64,000 bases of DNA from Robiginitomaculum sp. (GCA_016763315.1 JAESTZ010000063.1:2539-66538), one strand, 5' to 3'; shown: positions 1 through 10,002, counted from the stretch's first letter. The notes: generated from the letters alone by a model not told the origin. Program-made: numbers and translations.

Positions 1-50
1 ACTTCTTTGAAAAAGCCAAAGGCTTCTGGGACAAAGTAACCGGCGAATAA
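1..50 (+). CDS. 3' end of an upstream CDS (partial, ...FFEKAKGFWDKVTGE*), possibly the DnaJ C-terminus
   Basis: The frame is open from the window edge and ends at TAA 48-50. The tail resembles the FF..K.F tail I recall for alphaproteobacterial DnaJ, and dapB is often nearby. It is far too short to be sure. Confidence 0.25.
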   Translation, partial: FFEKAKGFWDKVTGE

Positions 51-117
51 TCTTTTGCCGTTTGCTTAGCAAATAAAACAACTTTACACTCTTGGTTTAC
101 AGCTGGGGGTTAAAATT

Positions 118-2802
118 GTGGATTTTTTAATTTTGATAGCTTTATTGCTAATTGGCTTACTGGTCACAGGGTCGGTATTAGGAATCCTTGGGTTTATTAA
201 AGCAAATAAAATTGAACGAGAGATGTTTTTATTAAAAGCAAAAACAACAAATTACGATCAACCTTTGGCGACAAAGCCAACGCCTGTAACAAGCAAAACT
301 ACCCGGCCAATAGTAAAAACCAGCCCACCTTCCGAAACAATTACCCCACCACAACCGACACCTGCGGCAAAAACTATAAAACCAGCATCACAAACAATTA
401 CACCTGAAAGAATTGGGTTTGCTGCCAAGGTCGAGCAATCATTGCGCGGCAATTGGTTGGTATGGGTTGCTGGCATTGTGTTGGCGTTTGGCGGAATATT
501 CTTGGTGCAAGTTGCCGCCGAAAGCGGCTTGCTTGGTCCTGGCGTAAGAGTTATTTTGGCTGGGCTTGTCGGTATTGCAATGCTGGGGTTTGCTCATAGG
601 ATTCGTTTACATCCGCCAAAAAATCAATCTCTGGCAAACTCTGCCGCACCGCAAGTTTTGGCAAGCGCCGGTCTTATCACTCTTTATGGCGCGGTTTATG
701 CCTCATTTGCGTTGTTTGAGCTAATCAGCCCGTTAATCGCATTTGCACTTTTGGCATTGATTGCAGCATTAGCGGTATATCAGGCGGCAAAGTTTGGGCC
801 TATTATTGCCGTTTTTGGCCTTATCGGCGCATTTGTTGCTCCGGCTCTTATTGGCTCGGATAGCCCATCGGCAATGACGTTGTTTGGTTATATATTAGTG
901 GTAAGTGTTGGTGGATTATTGCTGGCGCGTTTACGTCCTTGGCGATGGAATGCAATATTAGCATTAGCCGGCGGTCTTGGCTGGCCGTTACTTTGGTTAC
1001 TTGGTGGCAATGGCGACAATTCACCTTGGGTCTTGCAATTATATTTACCGGTTTTGGCGGTCGTAACTATGGGTTTGGCTTGGCAGGAAGCAGGAACAGC
1101 ATTTAACTGGACTAACAAAAACCGCTCACCGCTTAGCTTATACACCGCACTGATCACCTTACTTGGTGCTGGGTTGCTAGTGTTGTTTTTGTTACTTGAA
1201 ACCGATTACCAGCCACCATCACTTATTGCTTTGTTTGCACTTGGGTTTTTGGCATTGGCGGGATCATTTCGCCGTGAAGGGTTTTCACTTGGTGCAGGCG
1301 CAATAGCAATTATTTCTTGCATTGCTCTTGCCTTGTGGCCAGCAGACAAATCCTTATTGGTTGATGCATCACAACAATTAGACGGGTTTCTTAGCCGTTT
1401 AGGTTCAGCCCCAAACTCGTTAAACTTCCTTACCGCCAGCTTTGCATTTGCAGCTTTATTCGGGTTTGGCGGTTATTTAGCCTCACTGGCGGCAAAAAAA
1501 CGGGCAATATTGGTGGCCGTGGCGGTAATCTCTCCACTTATTGTTTTGTTTCTTGCCTATTGGCGATTAACCGATTTCGGTTTGGCTTGGCCGTATGCGT
1601 TAAGTGCATTAGCTTTGGCATTCGTTGCATTGCTTTTGCTGGATCGCGAAGCCAAAGCCGACAAAGGGTTCTTAATTCATCCGGGCGTTGGCGCAACATT
1701 AGCCTTGGCGGTTTCCGCCGCTGTTCTATTGGTTCTTTTGATACTGTTTTCGCAAATGTGGCTGTCCTTGGCGTTAAGCGGCCAAGCGGTAATTAGCGCG
1801 CTATTGTGGCAAAGGTTCCGTTTAAGTGCTTTGCAGTGGACAGCAATGGCTTTGGCGGGGATAGCTTCTTTTCGGTTAATTGCCCTTGGCGAAGCGTTTG
1901 ATTTTCCAGTGGGTAGTTGGCCAATATTCAATAGTTTGTTGATCGGGTTAGGCGGTTCGTCACTATTGTTGGTGGCTGCTGCATTTGTCTTTGTAAAAAA
2001 CAGCGTTAAACCATCATCAACTGTGGTGCAAAGCCTGATTAGTGCAAGCATAGTTATCGGTGTCACCATGCTTAGTTTGCAAATACACCATTTAATGTCT
2101 GGCGGTGACTTGCGAGCCGATATCGGGTTTGCCGAAACCGGTTTACAAATAAGCCTTTATGCGTTGATAGCTTTTGCCATTCGCTTTTTTCTTGGTGACA
2201 ATTTGGCGTTTGCACCAAGGTGGACAGAGCGAATTGCGCTTTTCGTATCGGCTTTTAGCCTATTGTTGTTTGTCATCACCATTCAAAATCCGTGGTGGGG
2301 CATAGATCCAGCTTTAGTTTCTGGCGCAATGCTGTTTAACACGCTTGCTTTAGTGTTATTGCTGCCAGCTATTATCATGACAGCAAATGCTATTATTTGG
2401 CAATCACACGGCAAGGCAGTCATGGCAAAAATTCTGGCTTTGATTGCTGGAATTAGCGGGTTTTTATGGCTGACACTAGAGGTGCGCCGTAGCTTTCACG
2501 CGCCAGACTTATCAACCGGCGTAATAAGTGACATAGAAACTTACTCTTATTCTGCCAGTTGGCTGGTGTTTGCTATTGTCTTGCTGGGTCTTGGCTTTTG
2601 GAAAAACCGTGAGGCTTTACGCATTAGCGGCTTATTATTATTAGCCATAACCAGCATAAAGGTGTTTATCTTTGATCTAGCCGGCCTCGATGGATTGTTA
2701 CGAGGGTTATCGTTCTTGGGACTTGGCGGATCATTGATGGGAATTGCCTTATTGTACCAACGATTAGGCGGTAAAATGGATAAGTTAAAGCAAAAATCAT
2801 GA
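118..2802 (+). CDS. Large polytopic membrane protein, DUF2339-like
   Basis: 894-aa ORF with a GTG start 8 nt after GGGGG. It has an N-terminal TM helix, a Pro/Thr/Lys-rich linker, then many hydrophobic helices to the C-terminus. The stop overlaps the dapB start (ATGA). Confidence 0.75.
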   Translation: MDFLILIALLLIGLLVTGSVLGILGFIKANKIEREMFLLKAKTTNYDQPLATKPTPVTSKTTRPIVKTSPPSETITPPQPTPAAKTIKPASQTITPERIGFAAKVEQSLRGNWLVWVAGIVLAFGGIFLVQVAAESGLLGPGVRVILAGLVGIAMLGFAHRIRLHPPKNQSLANSAAPQVLASAGLITLYGAVYASFALFELISPLIAFALLALIAALAVYQAAKFGPIIAVFGLIGAFVAPALIGSDSPSAMTLFGYILVVSVGGLLLARLRPWRWNAILALAGGLGWPLLWLLGGNGDNSPWVLQLYLPVLAVVTMGLAWQEAGTAFNWTNKNRSPLSLYTALITLLGAGLLVLFLLLETDYQPPSLIALFALGFLALAGSFRREGFSLGAGAIAIISCIALALWPADKSLLVDASQQLDGFLSRLGSAPNSLNFLTASFAFAALFGFGGYLASLAAKKRAILVAVAVISPLIVLFLAYWRLTDFGLAWPYALSALALAFVALLLLDREAKADKGFLIHPGVGATLALAVSAAVLLVLLILFSQMWLSLALSGQAVISALLWQRFRLSALQWTAMALAGIASFRLIALGEAFDFPVGSWPIFNSLLIGLGGSSLLLVAAAFVFVKNSVKPSSTVVQSLISASIVIGVTMLSLQIHHLMSGGDLRADIGFAETGLQISLYALIAFAIRFFLGDNLAFAPRWTERIALFVSAFSLLLFVITIQNPWWGIDPALVSGAMLFNTLALVLLLPAIIMTANAIIWQSHGKAVMAKILALIAGISGFLWLTLEVRRSFHAPDLSTGVISDIETYSYSASWLVFAIVLLGLGFWKNREALRISGLLLLAITSIKVFIFDLAGLDGLLRGLSFLGLGGSLMGIALLYQRLGGKMDKLKQKS

Positions 2803-3566
2803 GTAAGAATTTAGCTATAGCCGTAGCCGGAGCCGGCGGGCGACTTGGCGGGGAGATTTGCAAGGCAATACAATATGTTGATGATCTTGATCTGGCATTC
2901 GGTGTTATTCGGCTGGGAGGTGAAAAGCCAAATGGTTTTCCTGCACCGGTGTTTGAAAACATAAATGAAACAGCACCAAAATTTGATGTGCTGATTGATG
3001 TTTCTACTTGTGATGGCGTAATTCAGCGGTTATCGGAAACCACCAAACCAATGGTTATTGGCGTTACCGGGTTTAGCGAAGAACAAGTTGAAAAAATTTC
3101 CAGGGCAGCAAAAAAAATGCCGATTCTGCTAACCGGTAATTTTTCGTTGGGAGTGAATTTACTTTTGGATTTGGCCGAACAAGCAGCACAAAAACTGGGA
3201 TCCGGCTGGCAGATAAAAATTAAAGAAACCCATCACATACATAAACAAGATTATCCCTCTGGAACCGCCTTAATGTTAGCTGGTGCTGTAAATTCCGGTC
3301 TTGATACTGATTTATTATTAGAGCCATATCTTCACCCAGAAGAAGCAAATCAAACACAAGAAAACACATTGCCGATAATATCATATCGCCAAGGCGAAGA
3401 AATTGGCCAACACACTATTGTTTTAAGTAATGGTTCTGAGGAAATTGAGCTTGGCCATAGGGCGTTAAAGCGTAAGGTATTTGCCGATGGTGCATTAAGT
3501 GCAGTTAAATGGCTGGCACAGCAAAAGCCCGGGTTTTATGGCATGAAGGACGTTTTGGGCAGGTAA
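2799..3566 (+). CDS. dapB: 4-hydroxy-tetrahydrodipicolinate reductase
   Basis: N-terminal NAD(P) motif AVAGAGGRLG and the catalytic block KETHHIHKQDYPSGTAL (E-x-HH-x-x-K-x-D-x-PSGTA) are typical of DapB. Length is 255 aa. Confidence 0.9.
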   Translation: MSKNLAIAVAGAGGRLGGEICKAIQYVDDLDLAFGVIRLGGEKPNGFPAPVFENINETAPKFDVLIDVSTCDGVIQRLSETTKPMVIGVTGFSEEQVEKISRAAKKMPILLTGNFSLGVNLLLDLAEQAAQKLGSGWQIKIKETHHIHKQDYPSGTALMLAGAVNSGLDTDLLLEPYLHPEEANQTQENTLPIISYRQGEEIGQHTIVLSNGSEEIELGHRALKRKVFADGALSAVKWLAQQKPGFYGMKDVLGR

Positions 3567-3568
3567 TT

Positions 3569-4027
3569 CTACCAACTACCGGTGTTTGGCATTTCTGACC
3601 AAGGTGATTTTGTCGCTAATGGTTCGCCTTTTTGCAATAATTCAACCGATATGCCATCCGGTGAACACACGAACGCCATTCTTCCATCACGAGGTGGGCG
3701 CTTGATAGTTATTCCTTGTTTGCTTAAATGTTCGCAAGTTTGATAAATATCATCAACTTGAAACGCTAAATGACCAAAATTGCGCCCATTGTTGTATGAT
3801 TGTTTGTCCCAATTATAGGTCAATTCGATCATAGGAAGTCCAGCCACCAAGCCTTGTTCCTCGCCTTTATACTGTTCCATGTCTTGCGGTGCCGCCAAAA
3901 AGACCAATGTGAAACGTCCGGCTTCGTTATCGACACGTCGCAATTCGGTTAAGCCCAATCCACCACAATAAAACCTCAACGAAGCATCAATGTCGGATAC
4001 TCGAACCATGGTATGTAAATAGCGCAT
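3569..4027 (-). CDS. gloA: Lactoylglutathione lyase (glyoxalase I)
   Basis: MRYLHTMVRV..., IELTYNW and FGHLAF blocks match the GloA/VOC fold. Length is 152 aa. The start overlaps the upstream stop by 1 nt (TGATG). Confidence 0.88.
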   Translation of the reverse strand: MRYLHTMVRVSDIDASLRFYCGGLGLTELRRVDNEAGRFTLVFLAAPQDMEQYKGEEQGLVAGLPMIELTYNWDKQSYNNGRNFGHLAFQVDDIYQTCEHLSKQGITIKRPPRDGRMAFVCSPDGISVELLQKGEPLATKSPWSEMPNTGSW

Positions 4028-4668
4028 CAGGATTTTTCTTCTTTGGTTGTTTGTTCGCTCTTTTTGGCAGCTTCGTTTAATGACAACCCTTCACCGGTTT
4101 GTACCAGTGGCGACCAGCTAGGGCGTTTACGTTTAAGCTTTATTTTGCCCAAAGGTTTTTCACCACGAGTAATACGTAAACTTTCATCAAATTCATCATC
4201 ATCAGTTTTATGGTAAAACCAAGCCATAACCCAAGCAACCGCACCCCAGCTACTGATAAGGCCAAAAAAGATAAAGAAAGAATACACCAAAGGCCCGTCC
4301 CGACGAAATTGGCGGCGTATTTCTTCGGCCAAGGTTTCAGACGGCAATCGGTTCGGGTCAATTTCTTGAACGATCACTACTGAATAAAAGTATGTTAATA
4401 TCATTACCGCCAACGGGGTTACCAACACCGCCAGTGCCAGCGCGCCGGTACTGTAAGCAAGCCCTCTAGGGTTATGAGCCAAACGATAAGTTGTTACAAA
4501 TTTTTGCTGAGTGGTTTTTTTTGCTTGTTTTGGAGAGAGTCGTTTAAAATCCTGCCATTCATCATCGGCATCACGGCGAACAGACCAATAACCATAGACA
4601 GTACGAACGGTTCCTGCCAGCAAAGCTAAAGCCACCAAAATCATCGCAATTATTGGCCCAGTATTCAT
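4027..4668 (-). CDS. Hypothetical membrane protein (about 3 TM helices, Lys/Glu-rich tail)
   Basis: 213-aa ORF with an N-terminal TM helix, two central hydrophobic helices and a charged C-terminus. It is translationally coupled to gloA. I recognise no family. Confidence 0.55.
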   Translation of the reverse strand: MNTGPIIAMILVALALLAGTVRTVYGYWSVRRDADDEWQDFKRLSPKQAKKTTQQKFVTTYRLAHNPRGLAYSTGALALAVLVTPLAVMILTYFYSVVIVQEIDPNRLPSETLAEEIRRQFRRDGPLVYSFFIFFGLISSWGAVAWVMAWFYHKTDDDEFDESLRITRGEKPLGKIKLKRKRPSWSPLVQTGEGLSLNEAAKKSEQTTKEEKS

Positions 4669-4703
4669 TTTACACTTGTTCTCCTGTTAAACAGACGCAC
4701 AGT

Positions 4704-5546
4704 TTAGCTGTTTACGGCCTCCCACGCCAGCATTGATCTCTTGCGATCAACACCCCAGTGATAACCGGTCAAGCGGCCATCTTTACCCAATACCCGATGA
4801 CAGGGGATTAGCCAAGATACAGGATTGCGACCAATTGCAGTTCCTACGGCTCGGGCGGCATTTTTATCACCAAGCCGGGCAGCTATTTGCCCATAAGTCA
4901 TAGTGCGCCCCGGTGGTATAGCTATTAAAGCCCGCCAAACTTGCCTTTGCCATTTGCTACCATAAAGCGCCAATGGCATTTTAGCGCGCTCAATGAATAT
5001 CTGTTTTGCATAAGTTTCAGTCGTTTTGTTATCACGAACATATTTTGCCGCTGGGTAGCGTTTATAAAAATCGGCAAATCCTATTTCTTCTTCTCCCTCT
5101 TCAACAAAACCAAGCGCCGAAAGCCCACGCGGAGCAATTAAAAACATGCCAATTCCAAACGGTGTTGGTGCAGAGCCCCAAATAAACTCCAGTCCGCGCC
5201 CTCGTTGTTTTGCCTCACCCGGAGTTACTGATTCGAAAGCCAAAAACAAATCGTGTAACCGTGAGGGGCTAGAAAGGCCAGCATCAAGGCTCGCATCTAA
5301 AACACTGACTCCTCGCAATAAAGCCTGCCTAGCATCATCATGAGCCAATGCGTCCATCAGTCGTTTAGCCGAAGTGCCTGTCCAGCGGGTAAATACCCGA
5401 TGAAACTGATCCACGCCAAGACCACAATGCGCGGCGAGCTCTTTTAGGTCAGGCCGCTCGCGCCAATTAGCGTCAAGAAAGGCCAAAGCACGATTTATGC
5501 GTTGGTAGTCTTGTTCGGCTATTGTTAGGGTTTTCAAATTGCACAT
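4704..5546 (-). CDS. AraC-type HTH fused to methylated-DNA-protein-cysteine S-methyltransferase (Ada/Ogt-like)
   Basis: The C-terminus carries the MGMT active-site motif IPCHRV. The N-terminal half has an AraC-like HTH (LKELAAHCGLGVDQFHRVFTRWTG). Confidence 0.85.
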   Translation of the reverse strand: MCNLKTLTIAEQDYQRINRALAFLDANWRERPDLKELAAHCGLGVDQFHRVFTRWTGTSAKRLMDALAHDDARQALLRGVSVLDASLDAGLSSPSRLHDLFLAFESVTPGEAKQRGRGLEFIWGSAPTPFGIGMFLIAPRGLSALGFVEEGEEEIGFADFYKRYPAAKYVRDNKTTETYAKQIFIERAKMPLALYGSKWQRQVWRALIAIPPGRTMTYGQIAARLGDKNAARAVGTAIGRNPVSWLIPCHRVLGKDGRLTGYHWGVDRKRSMLAWEAVNS

Positions 5547-5607
5547 AAGTTAGCTATACAGGAAAACAGCCAAAGACCGCCACCCGATAACCGGATTGCA
5601 CTTCTAA

Positions 5608-6303
5608 ATGGGACATGTTTTGACAAAAAAAACTTCTTCGCGCTCCAGACCGCTAACTAGAGCCAAAACCGCCGCTATTTATGCTCATTTGCAGCAATTA
5701 GATCCGGAACCAAAAACCGAGTTGAATTATTCGAACCAGTTTACTTTGGTGGTCGCCGTGGCTTTATCGGCGCAAGCTACCGATGTCGGGGTTAACAAAG
5801 CCACCAAAGACTTGTTTGCTCTGGCCGACAACCCAAAGGATATGCTTGAGTTGGGCGAAGATAAGGTGCGCGATATGATCAAAACTATTGGTCTTTTTCG
5901 CAATAAAGCTAAAAATGTTATCGGTTTGTCAAAAATGATACTTGAAGAATTTAACGGAGAAGTTCCACAAACAGAAAGCGAATTAACCAGTTTGCCCGGT
6001 GTTGGTCGTAAAACCGCCAATGTAGTTCTTAACGTAGCTTTTGGTCAGCCAACCATTGCTGTGGATACGCACATTTTTCGAGTTGGTAATCGCACCGGAA
6101 TGGCACCGGGTAAAACCCCAGACCAAGTAGAAGAAGTGTTGTTGCGAGTTACCCCAAAGGAATATTTGCAACACGCTCATCATTGGCTGATTTTGCATGG
6201 AAGATATACTTGTGTGGCACGAAAGCCGAGATGTTGGTTGTGTAGAGTTTCAGGTGTTTGTCGCTATAAAGAAAAAACCCCACCGCCAGATGAGGCTATC
6301 TAA
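5608..6303 (+). CDS. nth: Endonuclease III
   Basis: HhH-GPD motif LPGVGRKTANVVL and a C-terminal 4Fe-4S cysteine cluster C-x6-C-x2-C-x5-C (CVARKPRCWLCRVSGVC). Confidence 0.92.
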   Translation: MGHVLTKKTSSRSRPLTRAKTAAIYAHLQQLDPEPKTELNYSNQFTLVVAVALSAQATDVGVNKATKDLFALADNPKDMLELGEDKVRDMIKTIGLFRNKAKNVIGLSKMILEEFNGEVPQTESELTSLPGVGRKTANVVLNVAFGQPTIAVDTHIFRVGNRTGMAPGKTPDQVEEVLLRVTPKEYLQHAHHWLILHGRYTCVARKPRCWLCRVSGVCRYKEKTPPPDEAI

Positions 6304-6740
6304 CCAAGGGTATTACACCAACCGCTACGATCTTTTTGTTTGTGCGCTAAACCAGCATTTAACAGTAACTCGCCTAAATCCTCGCCGGACGCAGTTATTA
6401 TATTTGCCACAACCCTGCCTGCGTATTTGCCAAGCCTGATGTTTTGTAAATCCACATTCTTTCCAATTCTTTGATTGACGAACAATGTCGCCGAGTGACC
6501 AATTTTTTTCTCTTCTTGGCAAACTGGTCTGAATGTCTCCGGTGCATTTACTTCGGCCAAACGAACCTTTACCTCTACCCGCTGCCCCGGCCAGATAAGA
6601 GCGCTAACCGCTATTGTATCACCGTCTACTACCCGTAACACCTTGGCACTTATTGGCCCCTGCACCTGATCAGCAGCTAAACCAATTTCGGGAAACAAGC
6701 CTAAAAATAAAATTATCAAAAACAGTTTACACATTGTCAT
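6300..6740 (-). CDS. Secreted thermonuclease (SNase-like) family protein
   Basis: Signal peptide, then VVDGDTI...VRLAEVNAPE, which is characteristic of staphylococcal-nuclease homologues. Confidence 0.8.
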   Translation of the reverse strand: MTMCKLFLIILFLGLFPEIGLAADQVQGPISAKVLRVVDGDTIAVSALIWPGQRVEVKVRLAEVNAPETFRPVCQEEKKIGHSATLFVNQRIGKNVDLQNIRLGKYAGRVVANIITASGEDLGELLLNAGLAHKQKDRSGWCNTLG

Positions 6741-6785
6741 GCCGGATTATATTACGCAATATAGGATTACTATCCTATTAACATC

Positions 6786-6817
6786 ATAAAAACAAGCCCC
6801 GATAAATTTATCAGGGC
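6786..6817 (-). terminator. Rho-independent terminator candidate downstream of the 6854-7729 gene
   Basis: On the minus strand, GCCCUGAU-AAAUUU-AUCGGGGC forms 8 bp with one G-U pair, followed by UUGUUUUUAU. Confidence 0.5.
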
Positions 6818-6853
6818 TGTCTTGATTTGGTTTGTGCACATTGGCTTTAACAC

Positions 6854-7729
6854 CTATTTATGACCACCGTGAGAGCCGCCTTTTTTGCCACCACCATGGC
6901 CTTTCTTGTTTGGTGGAGGTCTATTGCCAATATTTTTCCTTGGCATGCGCAGTAATGGCGCTTGTGAGAATACTCGACTTGATCCGCCAGAGATAAACGC
7001 TCCCCCACCGCCGCCGTAATATACATTGCTGCTACCGCCAACTCCGCCATTTAGCGTGTTAAAAAAGCTATCCGAGTGGACGATAGCTATTTGTGCACGA
7101 GCCTGTGAGGTGTAGGCTATCACAGCCACGCCGCCACAGCCAACATGTTGTTGGTTATGGTTCCAGGTGTTGGCATGGGTAACTTGCGCCGGGCAAGGAA
7201 CCGAATGCGCTTGACCGTTATTATCATAACTAAAACAGCCATTGGTAATATTGTGCGAACGATAAGTGGTTTGCTGAGAGCTGCAAGTCGGGTTAATTGG
7301 TGCACATGAACTGCTAGGTACGTGGTTTGCCGTTGGCCAGTTATTATGAGTTATTGTTGGTTGCTGATAATAAGAGCCGTGTGTGACAGTGTTTGTATGA
7401 GTTGGGTATTGCGGTGCAATAGGTGGTTGCCAGACGGGCGCAGATGTTATTGTTGATCCCGAGCTATATGTCGCCGAAGAGGCTGATGATCCTGACCAGA
7501 CAGCACCTGGCGGTCTGTACGGTGTTCTTGGGGTGTTTCGTGGATCAGGCATTGAGCCAAGTCGTGTACCATCAACAGCTAACCAGCTAGAGGCGCAATT
7601 TATGCTTTGTTCGGAACCAGCAATGGCTCCGGTAAGGCAAAACTCGCCACCATCAGCAATCGCGGGGGGAGCCGCGATTGCACTTAACGGTAACAAAACT
7701 AATCCGGAAAACAATTTTAATGAGCGCAC
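6854..7729 (-). CDS. Secreted low-complexity protein rich in Ser/Thr/Asn/His/Gly/Cys with a Gly/His/Lys tail
   Basis: The ORF track extends to 7843, but AGGAG lies 6 nt upstream of the GTG at 7729. That start gives a clean signal peptide, VRSLKLFSGLVLLPLSAIAAPPAIA. I recognise no family. Confidence 0.6.
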   Translation of the reverse strand: MRSLKLFSGLVLLPLSAIAAPPAIADGGEFCLTGAIAGSEQSINCASSWLAVDGTRLGSMPDPRNTPRTPYRPPGAVWSGSSASSATYSSGSTITSAPVWQPPIAPQYPTHTNTVTHGSYYQQPTITHNNWPTANHVPSSSCAPINPTCSSQQTTYRSHNITNGCFSYDNNGQAHSVPCPAQVTHANTWNHNQQHVGCGGVAVIAYTSQARAQIAIVHSDSFFNTLNGGVGGSSNVYYGGGGGAFISGGSSRVFSQAPLLRMPRKNIGNRPPPNKKGHGGGKKGGSHGGHK

Positions 7730-7787
7730 AATGCTCTCCTGTTTCTCATAATAACACATTTCAATATTATCATGAGCAAAGGTTGTG

Positions 7788-7812
7788 CCGAAACAAATGC
7801 CCCAAAATGGGG
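7788..7812 (-). terminator. Weak terminator candidate after the DUF1674 gene
   Basis: On the minus strand, CCCCA-UUU-UGGGG is followed by CAUUUGUUUC. The stem is only 5 bp. Confidence 0.35.
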
Positions 7813-7846
7813 AAGCAGCACTCGCATTCAGGGAAAACAGCAAAAA

Positions 7847-8041
7847 TTAAAAATCACTGGTTATGCCGCTACGTTCCCAATCGCCATATCTGGTTGGCTC
7901 TATTTTTCGTCGGCTATTGTGTTCTGTTGGTAAAGCTTGGCTTTGTTTGGTTACAGATCGCCGCTGTTCGGCCTCTGCCAAAGCTCGTTTTGCTGCTTGT
8001 TTGCGCCGTTCGTCTATTATTTTTTGCTTGGGTTTACTCAT
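7847..8041 (-). CDS. DUF1674 (SDHAF4-like) small protein
   Basis: 64 aa with the C-terminal signature EPTRYGDWERSGITSDF typical of DUF1674. Confidence 0.8.
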   Translation of the reverse strand: MSKPKQKIIDERRKQAAKRALAEAEQRRSVTKQSQALPTEHNSRRKIEPTRYGDWERSGITSDF

Positions 8042-8084
8042 CTATTCATTTGCCATTTTTACAATAGATGAGTATGGAGCATGA

Positions 8085-9386
8085 ATGATAAAAGACAACG
8101 CCAAAACACAAAAACCCGACCCACGCGGTTGTGCTGTACGCGCTTTAGAATGGGTATTTTCCCGCCATAAATCACTTGATGTATTTCTTGAAAAAGACCA
8201 ACGCTTTGGAGCACTGCCAACACGTGATAAAGCTCTATCGCGGGCAATCATTGGCAGTAGCTTACGTCACCTTGGTCAAATTGATGCAATAATCGATACC
8301 TTTTTAAGCAGGCCAATGCCCAGACAAGCGGTCACCGCCCGTCAGATATTACGTGCCGGAGCTGCTGAATTATTATTTTTGCGCTCGGCCAGCCACGGAG
8401 TAGTTAACTCATTTGTGCAAATGGCTGGTAATGTACGCGTATCAAGACCTTATAAGGGTATGATAAACGCCTTGCTTCGCCGCATTGATCGCGAGGGCGA
8501 AGAGTTACTACAAACCTTGCCTTTGGAATTAAATATTCCAACCTGGCTATCAGAAAACTGGAATAAAACTTACGGTCCGGATACAGTCAAGCAAGCAGCA
8601 ATTGCACTAAAAGAGCCGCCATTGCTGGATTTGACAGTATTTGAAGATATCGAAAAATGGACACAACTGTTGGACGGAACCGCTATAGGAGATCAAACTG
8701 TTCGTTTGCTACATAAGGGTCGTATAGAAGAGTTAGAGGGATATGATTCCGGAAAGTGGATCGTTCAAGACCTTGCCGCATCAATACCGGTGCAGATATT
8801 AAACCCGCAAGCCGGTGAAGAAATAGCGGACATTTGTGCTGCTCCAGGCGGCAAAACCGTGCAAATAGCTGTAACCGGGGCAAAAGTTACGGCTTTGGAT
8901 AATCAACAGGCACGTTTGAGCCGTTTATCACAAAACCTAGAGCGAACCGGACAGAGTGCTGAAATAATTTGCGCTGATGCCAGATCATGGAAACCTGAGC
9001 AATTGTTTGATGCAATTTTGCTTGATGCGCCATGTTCGGCTACTGGAATTTTTCGCCCCCATCCAGATGTTTTATACAATCGTAGAGAAAAAGACCTTGC
9101 TGGCTTTGCCGAACGTCAAGTTTCTTTGACAATAAACGCTAGCAAGTTGCTGAAACCTCAAGGACGCTTAATATATTGCGTTTGTTCTGCGCAAAGTATT
9201 GAAGCAGAAGATGTTATTGCTGAAATACTGAATAAAACCGATTTAAAACTAGATCCAATAACTACTGACATACCTAGTTTTGCCGAGCCTTTCCAGAAAG
9301 ACGGGATGATTCGTATTCCACCGGGAGCCTTGCCTGTCGAAGGCGGACTTGACGCTTTCTTCATTGCTAAATTACGTAAAACTTAA
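8085..9386 (+). CDS. rsmB: 16S rRNA (cytosine-C5) methyltransferase RsmB/Sun family
   Basis: NusB-like N-terminal region, SAM motif DICAAPGGKT and catalytic LLDAPCSATG. Confidence 0.85.
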   Translation: MIKDNAKTQKPDPRGCAVRALEWVFSRHKSLDVFLEKDQRFGALPTRDKALSRAIIGSSLRHLGQIDAIIDTFLSRPMPRQAVTARQILRAGAAELLFLRSASHGVVNSFVQMAGNVRVSRPYKGMINALLRRIDREGEELLQTLPLELNIPTWLSENWNKTYGPDTVKQAAIALKEPPLLDLTVFEDIEKWTQLLDGTAIGDQTVRLLHKGRIEELEGYDSGKWIVQDLAASIPVQILNPQAGEEIADICAAPGGKTVQIAVTGAKVTALDNQQARLSRLSQNLERTGQSAEIICADARSWKPEQLFDAILLDAPCSATGIFRPHPDVLYNRREKDLAGFAERQVSLTINASKLLKPQGRLIYCVCSAQSIEAEDVIAEILNKTDLKLDPITTDIPSFAEPFQKDGMIRIPPGALPVEGGLDAFFIAKLRKT

Positions 9387-9467
9387 CTTGTTCAGAAATC
9401 GTTCAGATATCTCCTGTTAGGGTGAAGATCAGGCTGTTAATCATTTTATGCACGCAAGGTGGAACCC

Positions 9468-9965
9468 ATGCTTAAATCAATTTATATACGTCGCGTCTTT
9501 GGTGCCGCGGCTGTTTCTTCTGCTCTTTTACTTGGAGCTTGCGCCTCTGACCTTGGCGCCAATGACTATAACCGCAGCAGTATCGGCCAAATATCACGTT
9601 CTGATTCTGGCATAATTGTTTCCAGTAGAGCCATTAGTATTGAAGGCACAAAAAGCGGTGTCGGAACTGTTGGTGGTGCTGCGATTGGCGGAATCGCTGG
9701 ATCTCAATTTGGCGGTGGCAGAGCTGAAAATGCTGCTGGCGCAATTCTTGGCGCCATTGTTGGTGGACTTGTCGGGTCAGCGATAGAAAACAATGCCACT
9801 GAAACAGAAGGCTTTGCTTATACCATTGAGCTTGATCGCGATGGCGATATTATAACTATTACTCAAGCTGGTGGTTATCCAATTCCTAATGGCACCCCTG
9901 TCTGGGTTGAATATGGCGAACGCGCACGGGTTATTCCAAAGGCCAGCGAAGCTCACCCACACTAA
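9468..9965 (+). CDS. Outer-membrane lipoprotein with a glycine-zipper (SlyB/Pcp-like) domain
   Basis: AAGGTGGA precedes the ATG at 9468. Lipobox LLLGAC and Gly-zipper GGAAIGGIAGSQFGGG...GAIVGGLVGSAI are present. Confidence 0.8.
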   Translation: MLKSIYIRRVFGAAAVSSALLLGACASDLGANDYNRSSIGQISRSDSGIIVSSRAISIEGTKSGVGTVGGAAIGGIAGSQFGGGRAENAAGAILGAIVGGLVGSAIENNATETEGFAYTIELDRDGDIITITQAGGYPIPNGTPVWVEYGERARVIPKASEAHPH

Positions 9966-10002
9966 AGTCTTATAATAAGGTTTCAGGTTTCCAATGGTTA
10001 AG

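Noticed and set aside
258-420. Pro/Thr/Lys-rich stretch of the DUF2339 protein (TITP-like recurrences) as a tandem DNA repeat
   Set aside because: The DNA shows no exact tandem unit. It is a low-complexity linker between the first TM helix and the membrane core.
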